NCBI GenBank assembly: GCA_026770705.1
Contig: JANJGN010000039.1
Coordinates: 6,138,001 to 6,202,000, forward strand
Origin: Isurus oxyrinchus
Taxonomy: Eukaryota
Reading direction: 5' to 3'
Length of the DNA: 64,000 nucleotides
Under the pieces are notes generated by a model. It saw nothing but the letters and a program-made list of their open reading frames with translations, had not been told where the DNA came from and searched no databases. Positions 51,017-62,857 of the stretch are shown here, one piece after another. How positions within the stretch are numbered: position 1 is the stretch's first letter; each line of letters starts with the position of its first letter. The translations under genes and the position numbers were made by a program.

Positions 51017-51894
51017 TTAAGTGAAAGGATATTTCAACATTTTCCACAACTGCTCCCTGAACCTAGTCTGTGTCACAGCATAAATCCAAGTGTTTGTGCA
51101 GCAACTAAGGAGCTGCAGCATGAAGCCCAATTCCATAACAAAAAAATCTAGATACAGGGAATTATAGCCTAAATCAGACAACCGGATCCATATGGAAAAA
51201 AACATTAGCATTCCCCATAAAACGATGAAATTGGCTGAAATATAAAAGAGTAACATGATCGATTTCTTTCGATTCTCCACCGCTGGGTCTTTGGGACTTT
51301 GCCCAGTCCTGTGAGGCCGGAGTCTCTTGCGGGCCCTGCTGGTCACTAAAATATACTCGATGGTCAAAATATTGATGAGCAGGATCAGCACAAATGGGAC
51401 ACACGGTGTTAGAATCTGATGGGTGAACTCGATTGTTACCCAGGTAGGATTGAACAGAACCTCCTTTCTGTAACCACAAAACGAGGGGAAGTTTACCATC
51501 CAGTACTGACCTGTGAACAAAAAATACCAGAAAATGTTCTTTGAACAGCTCAGTGCAATGACGGTTCCCAGAATCACAGCTGCCGTTTTCTCACTGCAAT
51601 ATTTAGTTTTCAGCTTCGGGCAACAAATGGCCACAAATCGATCCAAGGTAAAAGTGACAGTGAACCACACAGAACAGTCAGTGGCTGCATAAAGCAGGAC
51701 AGCATGGATATTACACACTGAGATTGATCGCAGGAAAGAAAAATACTTATCAAACACAATTGGAATATGCCTCAGTATCAGGTCCAGGATAATGACCAGT
51801 AGATCAGCGACTGCCATGGCCTCCAGGTAACGGGTAACACAATTGGAGAGGCCACACCTCCGGCGCCTGAGTATCACAATCGTGACCAGGTTCA
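51017..51894 (-). CDS. Class A GPCR, GPR139/GPR142-like (probable G-protein coupled receptor 139 family), exon 2
   Basis: Acceptor TTTCCTTGCAG|TG and an open 878-nt frame. It contains TM2 MAVADLL, TM3 C...DRFVAICCP, TM4, TM5 LTPCVPF, TM6 RKKSIMLL..IS..F..LW, TM7 SCCTNTWIY and helix 8 FREQL, with stop TAA at 51017-51019. Confidence 0.93.
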
Positions 51895-53239
51895 CTGCAA
51901 GGAAAGGTAATAAATAATAAAACGCTATATCACTCTGGTACCAAGGTTGCCAGTAAAATTGAGATGCGATGGAGATGTGTTACAGCAGCCTCCAGTGTAT
52001 TGAAATGAATGGTCCAGAAACAAGGTATAAAAAATGTCTGTGATATAGTGGAAGGCAGGATACATTGAATGGTTAAAATAAGGAGGTGGGAATAAGGTGG
52101 AGATGGGAGTTTGCGGGAGAGCGGGAATATTTGCGAGACAAAGGAGGAAAGGAGTAATCGGGGATAATAGGTGCGCATAGCGGTGATAACAGCGCATGGA
52201 GTGGCGGGCGAGCGTGCCCATTACGTGTGGTACCCATGGGTGATGGTGGAACTCATGAGTGAGAGGGGAGACGTGTTTGAGTGAGAGCAGCCAGAGGTGA
52301 TGATTGCGTTCAGGCAAATAAGTGAAATGGGGTAATTTTATATTTTGCTCAACATATCTCCTGACAGGAAGGCTCTGCAGTTATGTGATGGAATGTTTCC
52401 TCGTCCAAGGATGTTATTTTAGGAATTTCGAAGAGAGCTTTCTTGCGAATTATCATTTCAAATTAAAGGATAAATGACCATTTCTTACAAAATACGAAAT
52501 GCAAGTTATAATGATCATGTACACGACAAACACTCATACACCCTCACACAAAAATAATAATTTGCAGAAATGCTGCACATACTTAAATTATTACGAGTGT
52601 AGAACAGGAACAGCTCATTCCTTAATGTGCTTAATGTGCTGGTTGTAAACATTGCAGGACTGAGGTGTTCATTCCTCAGCGATTGAAGACAAATGGAGTT
52701 TTTAAATATCTGGCTTTTAGTCTACAATGTGGTGGAGCCTCTGTGTTGAAGATATGTACCAACATGTACAGCCTATCAGCCTCTTTTAATGCCTGAAATC
52801 TTCAAAAATGTCTCTTAAAAATATTATTTTGAAGTGTTTCTATTATGAGCAAGAGTCTCCCTGTCCTTCGATCTTGGTGTTGGATTTCCATTCTCCAAAC
52901 ACTAAATTTTACGTTGTGTACAACTTCAGAAAATGAAGTTATGTTCAAACTGGTTTCTTAGTGGCACAGCTAGACAACCTGTCAAAGGCGAAAGCATCCA
53001 GAATATATCTTACCACAATCTCCTCTTCTCCTGCAGTGTACTCCGGATTCCTGGTGACAATGCCTGTGTCCTTAAGATGGTGATGATATGAAGGATGCAG
53101 CAGAACACTATGAACATCAGCACCCGCTCCAGCGTGTAAGGGAGGGTTCACTCCCAATGGCTCAGGAATGAGAAGCGTTTCTTTCCCACAATGGCGGGCT
53201 GATCCACAATGGCCTGTGCGACTCCATTACTCTTGGTAT

Positions 53240-53640
53240 TGAGGTGTTATGTTCACCTGCTTTGTTGGAGGTAGGGAATGGCAAAGTTGCATTCTTTTGA
53301 TCCATGTACCGACGGGGCAGCCTTCATCTATGAAAAGCCACTGTGTGCTTCCCTATGGAGCTACCGAGATGCTGGAAACGTCCGACTGCTTCATAATGAA
53401 GGTATTGTGGTTCTCGCCAGGATATTGGATGTTCACCAACGTGATGTACTGTGCATAAATATACATCAAATGGACGTGAATTCAGTCAGAATTCTTTCAG
53501 AGCCTTTAACTCTGTCCATTCTAATGGGGACACGGCAGAATTACGTACACCACTGGAATCCCTCTGCCCTGGGAGGCCATGGAACCGATCATTCTGCTTC
53601 TCCCTATTAAGGGAGCAAAAGTACAAACGTGGCACCCAAC
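53240..53640. other. Unidentified dispersed element, copy 2 (in the GPCR intron)
   Basis: Colinear similarity to 28810-29210 in the same orientation. Confidence 0.6.
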
Positions 53641-54171
53641 AGAGATGTTCTCTGTCAGCTAATGAATACATAGTTAGACAACATACTGGGAGATAATTAA
53701 TATAACATCAGCTATTCTCCTGCGTGTACTGTTCCGAATCCATAGCACTTTCAATGATCATGTGAACACCGTGTCCAAAGACAGCAGCTCCCTCACCCTG
53801 GTGTGCGGCCCCAGGTCCTGTTGAAGGAGGTGACTCGGGTCTGTAGCACCTTATTGTTGTGTCAGAGTTATATCCGTCTCTGAACATGTTTTGGGTGTAG
53901 GTTTGTAAAGTGTTCCTGACAATCCAGGGGTGCTTAGAGCAGTGCAACACCTATCCCCCCCAAAAAAATGTTAACAGACGGTCCCCTCCCTATTCACTCC
54001 GCTCATTTCGCTCGTCATGGTACAGGTCCAGGTGCACTGTAACTACATCCTCAAAACCTCTTCCAAGGTTGGGCCTATAGATACTCTATCCTCTCTCAAT
54101 TCATGCAGCCCTTCACAGCACAGCACCAAGGAGACAATCTAAAGCACTTCAATGGACTTTGAAATAACAGT

Positions 54172-54309
54172 GATTAAAAAAAACAACTGCAGATGCTGGA
54201 AATCCAAAAAGTTCTGTCGAAGGGTCATGAGGACTCGAAATGTCAACTCTTTTCTTCTCCGCCGATGCTACCAGAACTGCTGAGTTTTTCCAGGTAATTT
54301 TGTTTTTGT
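54172..54309 (+). mobile_element. Short Penelope pseudo-LTR insertion with inverted 5' segment and target-site duplication
   Basis: Flanked by TTTGAAATAACAGT at 54158-54171 and 54310-54323. It contains an inverted tail (AACTGCAGATGCTGGAAATCCAAAA) and a hammerhead-like module at 54210-54248 nearly identical to 2494-2595. Confidence 0.85.
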
Positions 54310-55103
54310 TTTGAAATAACAGTAGTCTGTCAAAGTCCGTTCAGCTGACAGTCAGATGTCTGGCCCGTTTCAATTAAACTGGAAAGGGTGCCTCGTATTT
54401 TTTAACAAATATTTAGCTGAGAGTGATTAACACAGCTTTTTGGTGGCCGGTACAGCCAGTGTTTCAAAGACATGCATCAAACATGCTGAAAACCCCCGGA
54501 CAACACGGGACACCATGTGTGAGTTTCTGGACATGGGATTGATTGGAGAAGCGAGATTAAATTGTGATCAAATCACACGATTGATAATTTTGAAATTGAC
54601 GGACTGAAAGACCTGGCAGCAATCTTGGCCCTTGAGCACAGGGATAATTGTGCAATGAGATTTGGCATGGGCAAGTTTACAAAGATTAGAGTTTTGTATG
54701 GGGTATGTTTTAAGAACGTTTGTAGCAGCAATTGTCTGGCCAGATTAACATTTTAATAGCCGAGTCTGGCTTGGACAAATGCACAGCTGAGGGATCATTC
54801 GGGTGATGTGTTGATGCAGCGAGGATAGTGGGTGAGACTAAATAGCTGGTAGAAGACAGGCTTAAGGATAGAAAAGGTGAGGGCTCACAAATCAGCTCAG
54901 GGCAAAATGGAGCATGGGAGTCGAAGACACTATGGTTCAGGCTTAGATAGTAGTGCGGTAGGCGGGTGGAGCGACTGGATATGGAACGATCATTAAAACG
55001 GGAACAGTAGCAAATGACTTCCATCTTCCTGAAATGTAAGAGACAGTAACAGTAATACAGTCAATCTGATTTAAGGAACAGATTGTTGCATATAGGTTCT
55101 TAC

Positions 55104-55278
55104 CGCTGACACCAACAAGAGCCAGGATGGGGAAGTAACCAACTTGGATTAACGAAATTACTCCCTCGATCCTAACAGCTAATGATATCCGATCTTGAGA
55201 AAGGTAGTAAAGCCCCGAGGATAAACTCCTGTCCATTTTTGTAAAATTCCAAGATTTTGTTCTAAGATTCTGATTCAT
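55104..55278 (-). CDS. Class A GPCR, GPR139/GPR142-like, exon 1
   Basis: ATG at 55278 (alternative ATG at 55236) reads MNQNLRTKSWNFTKMDRSLSSGLYYLSQDRISLAVRIEGVISLIQVGYFPILALVGVS plus G, then a GTAAG donor at 55103. G+TG gives Val in frame with exon 2. Total length is 350 aa, with an N-F-T sequon. Confidence 0.88.
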
Positions 55279-55412
55279 TGTTGTCACGTTCCAATCTATT
55301 ATTCTCAGGCTCTGATGTTTTCTCTCCCGCTCTCAGGAGTCGTTGATCCTTGCGACTGCTGAATGCGACTGTCCCCCTGACATTAGGGGACAGCACTTTG
55401 AAATGAGCCCCG

Positions 55413-55420
55413 TATAAATA
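55413..55420 (-). promoter_or_regulatory. TATA-like box of the intact GPCR gene
   Basis: TATTTATA on the minus strand about 135 bp upstream of the first ATG. Confidence 0.4.
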
Positions 55421-55834
55421 GCACTGTGAAACCCTCCAGTGACACAATTAGGATCCAGGGAGATTGAAGTTAATTACAGGGACTGAACAAATCGGTTCAG
55501 TTAACGCCTTGCATTCCAACAATTTTTGTCTCACAACATAGTAGAAGATTTACTTGGCGTGGATCGGATGTATGTCGGTCGCTAAGGGATGGAAGGCTGC
55601 GAATAGAGGTTTGACTGACCATGACATGTAAATGCACCTGGGAGTGATATCCGAGGACAGGAGGGTTTTAATTGTTCCACGCTATTTATAAAAGCAGAGT
55701 TCCAAAGCAGAATGGAACCTGGATTGATGACCTATTTTGAAAAATCATTTATTTTGGAAGCGTGGGTTCCTTACTGAAGGAGGTTCACAGGAGCCTGATT
55801 TGACTTTGCAAGATTCACAAAAAAGATGTAATTA

Positions 55835-58800
55835 ATCATGATCATATTACACCAGGCAACCAAACGCTTGGTAAGTTTTCATTACAGAGACCACGAAATA
55901 AGTGGCAGAAACTCACGCTGCTCCTTTCATCCTACTAATGCCCTTATTAACCCAGGACCCCAGCGGCCAGGCACCATTATTTTTGGACCAAGGATAACGT
56001 TTGTTCAGTGGTAAAGAAGTAGATCTTCCAGTGGTCTCCTGAACATTCACTAGAAGCAATTGCACAATTGGTATATCCCTTTAGATATCCAGAACACTCA
56101 GTCTAAATTCACCTCTCCTTTAGTGTTAGAGGATTATCCACGAGTTCCTTAAGAATCTGGCATCATGCCAAGTTGCAGACAAACTGAGGCCTTTTCGTCA
56201 AGTCTTGACTCATTGGCAATCTGATACAACTGAAACTACAAGGTCGTAGGCTCCTAGTCTTTATGTATCTGTGCAGCTCCGCCTGATCACAAGTTGCGAG
56301 TCAACAACACAGTTTTATTTCCTACTTCTTGTCTTAGATGTGACTTCACTAAATCACCAACACCTTTAGTAGCCAATCTCTTCATTTCAAGATTCGTAAT
56401 GCAGCCATTAAAATGTATACATTTAAACAGTGCCCCAGGCTGGCCGGCTAAATGTCACAAAAATCCAAACTGAAACCAAGCCCAGGCTTCACATTACAAA
56501 TACAATTGTAGCTTGCCTAAAATAATATCGAGTTCCCATCATTTACCCCGCAAAAGGATAAGAATTGAAAAGGTAGCTTTAAGAGGCATTTTCATTTCCC
56601 GTTAGCATCTCCTCTCGTCGCTAAATCTATCTCATCTTAGAGCTTTTACAATAGCTGTAATTATGTTCTTACAACAAATAAGCAAGTATTTCCATAAGAA
56701 TCATATTCTATACAAGTCCATTTTAATTATGGCGTTCGTCTTCCTCCATATTTGCACTTGATGAAATATCTGTTGTTACACTGTAAGTTCCAGCGAAATG
56801 GCTGAGTTTTTCATTGGAAGGGAGTGGCCTTAAACTCAACCAAAATAGTATTGGTTTCTTATTCTGAAACTTTTCTAGGAAGGATATTGGATTTTGATTC
56901 TTATAAAATAATAATTTCTGCAGAATGTTTGGATGAGGAGACATATTGTACAGCCAGCACTATATTTAGATAATCCTTCTCACTTCTGAATATTTCCCCT
57001 GGTAAAAAAAAAGTACATTTCCAGTAACTTAACAGACTGGCCGTCTCGTCGCCCTGTGGTAATAATGCTCCAACACTCACTAGCATCAAAAACTAGTTTA
57101 AATGGCTTCACACAATGTGATGCTGCTAAAGCCAGTGGAGTGGTGAGTACAGCATTCAAGATGCCAAAGGCACTTAGGCCATCCTTTGTCCATTCAAATA
57201 TTTTTGCTTTTCTTTACCGAGATGAAATTCAGGACAAACGTCCTATAAAATGCATTTTTGCCAAGCGACCATAACATCGCTCCATTACTCTTAAGCACTG
57301 TCAATCCTGGATTACCCATATTTTTGCTTTTCTGGAGATCAGTTTGCCTTTTCACTAGAGCTTGGCCCAAATCAATCACTTTCGTTTTGGAAAATTCACT
57401 TTATGCAAATTTTATGACTAAATCGTATGTTTGTAAATGACCATACACATCATTCAATTGTATAAGTTCCCCCCAAGCTCAGCCTAACACAACGAACTTC
57501 TCACTTTATGTATAACACTGTTAAATAATCCTTCAAAAACGCGTTCGCTTAATCATTGACATGTTACTGTTGCATTCTTCATTCCGAAAGACATGAAATT
57601 ACGTTCAAAATACCCATTCGTGGTTGCAAAATCTGTTGTTTCTTTGGCCACTTCTGTTAATGGGACTTTTCAGTACCCCTACAATAAATCATTTCTTTTA
57701 GCAGGAAACTTGCTTGCCCAATCTTTTCAGTACAGTTTTCCAATCCTGGAATAAGATATGGATCCGCGTATGTGAATGCATGAACGTTGCCATAAACTAT
57801 ACACAATCATTCTGACCCATCTAGTTTAGGTGATTTTATAAGAGGTAAGCTCCATGTACTGTGAATCGGTTGAATAATGTCATCATCGAACATAAACTTT
57901 ATTGCTTCCTTCGCTTAGATTAACATCCCTGGAATAAGCCTGATAGATGTTGCTTTTTGGTGACATCCCCAACATTGCAACATATAAGGCCAAAACCGTT
58001 TTCCTTGGTCGATCTGTACTTTGAGTTTCATGAGTTTGTAATAACTTTCATAAGACATCTCGGAATTATTTTCTGGAAGTGAGCGTAATATGGCAGGGGG
58101 ATCACGGGTTATCTGGCTTAAATTGCTAAATGGAAATCGAAACACTGGAAGATCAAATATTATCTTATTGAATAGTGGAGCAGGTTGAAGGGACTGATTG
58201 TTCAACCGCTGTTATTATTTCTTATGCTCTTATCTAAATTTTAACGGCCTCTGAACTGTACAATATAACCACTGGAGAGTTGAGTTTAGAATTTCCGATT
58301 TCTGGTTCATTCTCCAAATGGTTTGAGATATTAATTTCTCCCCTTTCTCCTTTCACTTATGCAAAAACATTCTTCTCCTGGTTACCTTCCCAGCCATTAT
58401 TTGGCTTTAACATATTGATGGGAAACATTCAGTTGAATTTCCCCCTGCTTGGAGTGCTCACTAGATCATTCACAGAATTGAGTTTCTTTGTGACTTGGTA
58501 AAGGCCGATGAACCTTGCTTTTCTCTTTTTACTAGCGAAAAGTCACCAAACTCAAGCATTTTATTCAGCAACAAAACTTCGAGTTTTGGAATAGATATCT
58601 GCACCTGCTTCCATTGTTTGTGGTGCATTTCTATTTTTACATGATTTTTGGCAGACCCACAGGCCTTCCCAGCAGTTTGTCACGTTGGTCAAATGTGACA
58701 TCTCGGAACTTTGGTTGATAAATTTTCCTTTAATAAATTTCACTGGATCTCGCACCACTTCCTCAACTATCAGGTCAAAAGCACTAAATGCTGTGGACTC

Positions 58801-59910
58801 CTTCTGGGCGTCCCTTAGAAATACCAATCGAAGGACTCTATCACAAAAATGGACCATCATTGACAATATATTTTAATCGTCGTCTTTAAAGTTGGATTTC
58901 ATTTTGCTAAAGTTCCTTATAACTGTGAATAAAACGCTGAAGGCTGAAAATATTTTTTCCCTCTCCAAAACTTTTCATTTTTTATTTGAATATCTGTGAC
59001 ATAAAATATGAGCCTTGATCTGATTAATTTTCCTGAGGAAATCCACATATTTTAAACAAATGAACTGGCTTTCCCCCTACAATTTTCACCATGATCTTCC
59101 TGAAATGCACTGCCACTGGAAATCTTGTTAGAGCTACCATAATTTTTGAAAAACACTGTTTCCCACTTCTGATTTAGCTGGGGGTCCAAAACAATCTATT
59201 AAGGAAGTGCTAAATGGTTCTGTACAAGCTGGTATTGGACTGAATAAAGGATGCACTTGAATTGATGATTCTGGCTTCCCCACTATTAGCATGTATGTCA
59301 TGTCTGGCAGAAACTAACAACGTCTTTATGAAACCATGGGAAATAAAATATGTTTTAGCATGTCAGCCTGTGTTTTCCTAAAGCATGCATGAACTGCCAT
59401 TGGAACACCGTAAGCAACTCATGATGGAACGTCCACCAGATGAACTATTGTAAAGTGCCGATTGGCTCATATTTGAGGTGGTCTCCCTTTCCTCATTAGC
59501 ACAGCATTTTAAAATAATAACACCCAGGTACTGATTCTGATTCAGGCTCTGATAGGGTGATATAGCAAATTCTCTCAACTTAGGATCAGCCTGTTGCATT
59601 TCTACTAAAGTAGATGGACCAAAATGTCATCCCCATTCCCTTTACATTCTTCAGTTTGCTTCAGTTCCTTCTAAGGCTTCCTTTTTTTGCGGGGGCTGAG
59701 ATCTAGCCATGAAGCAGTCAAGAAACAATCCAGGATATTCCTCAAATCGCGCCTCAGCTACTTTCCGTTCCACTTGGTGTTATAACAGTCTCGGTGAGGC
59801 TAATGTATTTGAACCAGCTGTCTCATAGCCCAACATGAAATCAATTCGTTATTTAGTGATTTGATCCAAAGCTCCAACTGCTGCCTCTCCTCTCACTAAC
59901 TGACTTATTT
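55835..59910 (-). mobile_element. Gmr1-like gypsy LTR retrotransposon (PR-IN-RT-RH order) with probable 3' LTR, degraded
   Basis: Reading 5'->3' on the minus strand: protease tail (IDFMLG...YPGLF.DC) at 59700-59900, QQADPKLRE and integrase (DCFGP..KS.VGN) at 58700-59600, RT (DPYLIPGLENCTEKIGQASF...MSFGMKNA) at 57500-57780, RNase H-like (DASECWSI) at about 57080, and an LTR-like region at about 55835-56540. Confidence 0.8.
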
Positions 59911-62753
59911 TGGGTGGAGTCTTCTGAGCCCACTGACGGCGGGTGTGATATGTGGTGGGCATGGAAAATATGGTGGGGCCCACTTCAAGACGGCATGAAG
60001 GCAGGTCGCAATCTTTTCCTCAGCTTACCGCTAGCGGGCTGTGTTTCTCACCATCGGTCAACGAGAAGCAGTAGCAAGTGTGATTTTATTTGATTCAGGT
60101 TGCCTACGCGCGCCTTTAAGGATCCAAGAGGCTCGAAAGTGCCATCAGCCGCTCCATGTCTTACCCGACCGTCGCCCCCCCCCCCCCCCCCCCAACTGAC
60201 CCCCATAAAAACGGGCACTGGCTTCAAATCCGCCAGCACTTCATTGCACTGCACAACAGTTGCACTGCACACGTTGTGTAATCTCTTCGCCAGCACTGGT
60301 TATGCAGCAGTCACTGCTGGAGGAGCTGTCAGCTCCTTGCATATTCAGCATCATTCTTTGTATCAGTGTCCCCAATGCCGAATGTTGACAAGGCACCCAG
60401 GCAGAGCAATCCTCCCTGGCATTCTGAGGGGTGGCCAGCACTTTCTGGGAAGCATTATGGGTTTTTACTAAAGGACCAGCGATGATTACCACGTGTCGCT
60501 CTCTTTCGTGCTGTAGGAGGACCATGTCAGGATCCTGAATCCTGGTTACCTAGCAGCACGCCTGATGGCCTACAGAGACCGTTTAAGATGGAAGAGAGAG
60601 CGACTGGTCAGGCAGCTTCAGGAGCAAAATCCAGCAGTTAAAGGCTGCATGCTGGCTGTGACGCTCTGGCTGTGAAAACTTTGGCCTCAGTCCTCTCAGA
60701 GGCCGAGATTTGCAGGACACCTGTCTGTTTTCATCGCAGTGGCATCCTGCTCGACCTGTGCAGCTGGATCTGTATAGTCTACAGGAAGAGGGAAGGCACA
60801 TGGGCCTGTCACTCGCTGAGTCACTCGGTTGGATGGCCCCGGAGAGTGCACATGCTGACCTTCCTCCCTATGTGTGCCCGAGAACCCCTTGCTGACTCAG
60901 TGGGTGGGAGGGGCAGCTGGATTGAGATCATGCATCCGAGGACCCATCTTATGTACGGTCTGCTGGACGCCAACTATGGCAGCAGCAAAAGAGTTAAGCC
61001 CATGCAGCATTGCATGAGTAGATGCTCTGGACCAAGGTCTCCATGGCAAACACCATAATGCCAGTTTTGGACACTGCATGTTGCAATGCCGGTGCTCCTA
61101 CATGAGCCTGGAGATGGACGGTCTCCTCCATCGTGCATTACAATTTGAGGAGTGCAGCCGACAGGACTTTCTGATGTTGGCTGGCTTACCTTTGCAGCTC
61201 CAATTCTGAGATATGACCAAGTCCAGTTGCTCAACATCTGACTCGTATTCAACAACTTTCTGGCTTCAGAACTCCGTGTGTGGAGACCAGGGAAATCCGT
61301 GCCTCCACCTGCTGTGGAGGGGGCAAGTTGTCATCAGGTTATGATCCCGAGGCTTCTCTAAACGTACGTCCCATGGAGTCGTGTGTCTCTACACTGGTAG
61401 AGGGCGTGGATGAGCGCTCTAAAGTAAGTTAGGCAGGGTGCCTTCAGACTCCTCCTCAGACTTTTAAACGGAGCTGTATGGGGGCACAGGGTCCTGGAAT
61501 CCGTCGGCCGTTTCGCAGGTGTACCTGAGAAAACAAGGGGAAATAATCAGTGCATGATATTGGCATGTGATAGAGGACACATCACACACAGAAGTGTTTG
61601 CTAATGAATGCTGCAATCCTGAATCCTCACTTGGTAGATCATTGCCGACCTCATCGTTAGCGCAAGAGTGGTCCCAGTTATAATTGCCCAGATGAATGAC
61701 TCTGTTGTTCAATTCCGTCAGAGTGTTGATGTCCAGCAATTCGTTACTGTCTGTGATCTAGCCTTCCTGTTGTGATCCAATTTGTCCATCATGGATAGAG
61801 ATAAGAGGGTGTATCATGATTCCTGCCAGGCCAGATGACAAGTATGCCTGGCATGTGTGGGTGGTGAGTGGCCCAATGTGCGGGATGAAGACAATGGCGG
61901 CCTGTGTGAAAGAGTCAATGTCGCCGTCCCTTGCACTGGCAGTGAGTGAGGGCCTTGTGTTTGAGTGATAGGTTTGTGAGAGTGTGTTAAGCGTGAAGGA
62001 AAGAATGACTTGCACTGGAGGGACAGAGGAGATCATTCATACTTATGTGACTCTTGGTGGTTGTCTTTATCTGCAGGTCGTTTGCCCTGACCAATGCTGT
62101 GAGCGCTGTCCAGTCTGGGTTTGTGACATTGATGCCCATCCTCCAGATGCTAGGGCACATCCCGGCGGCCCTCCAGCAGTATCTCGAGGGATCCATCATT
62201 TAAGAGGGTGGCTGCAGGCATTTTACCTTTGTTGGCCTTATCTCCCAGACAGAAGTGGTGAGCTGGTGGTGATCAGCCATTTGCTGAGGGCTGCATTGTA
62301 AAGGCAACGGCCAGGGTGATGCAAAAGCGCTTTAATGTTGAGTGATCAAATCGAAGTTCTGCCACCTTGGAAATAATGTGTTTATTATGCATAAATAATA
62401 AAGTGGTCTTGGGAAGTTATGGCATGAAAACCCGCCATTTTGTCGGTGGCCAGGGCTCCATTTCACCAGCATGCTAGCGCAATTAGAGTAATTATGGGGG
62501 GGTTCCAGCACTGAAACAATGTGTTAAGAAAAAATAAGTTATTTTGGCTGTGGGCTTTCAGAGCCGAGGCACCAACGGAAGGAGCACAGCAGCCCTTTTG
62601 CAGCCAGGGCCATCCCACAGCTGGAGGTGAATAGAAGCTACTCTGAAGTAATCGACCTGCAGGGATTGAGATCCCATGAGTATTTATTGTGCCTGAACGA
62701 AAAGAATCATCAGTTCTTTCAATGATCAGTTTTGGGAGGCCAAGATGACGCCA
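59911..62753. mobile_element. PIF/Harbinger DNA transposon, degraded
   Basis: Minus strand 62020-62220 gives LLNDGSLEILLE..RRDV...VTNPDWTALTALVRANDLQIKTTTKSHISMNDLL, a Myb/SANT (NAIF1/MSANTD-like) domain typical of the Harbinger second gene. Faint transposase-like remnants lie on the plus strand at about 60390-60540. Ends are approximate. Confidence 0.65.
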
Positions 62754-62857
62754 TTGAAGAATTGCTCCATTTTTGCTTCCCCTTGCAATATTGATTATTG
62801 ACCTTTGGGAGAATTCCAATTTTTCCAGTGTGTTTTTGAGCAGATGAGTGTTTGCGT

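Noticed and set aside
51017-51895. Treating the ORF as a single-exon gene starting at GTG
   Set aside because: The GTG overlaps the AG acceptor, and TM1 is incomplete without exon 55104-55278.
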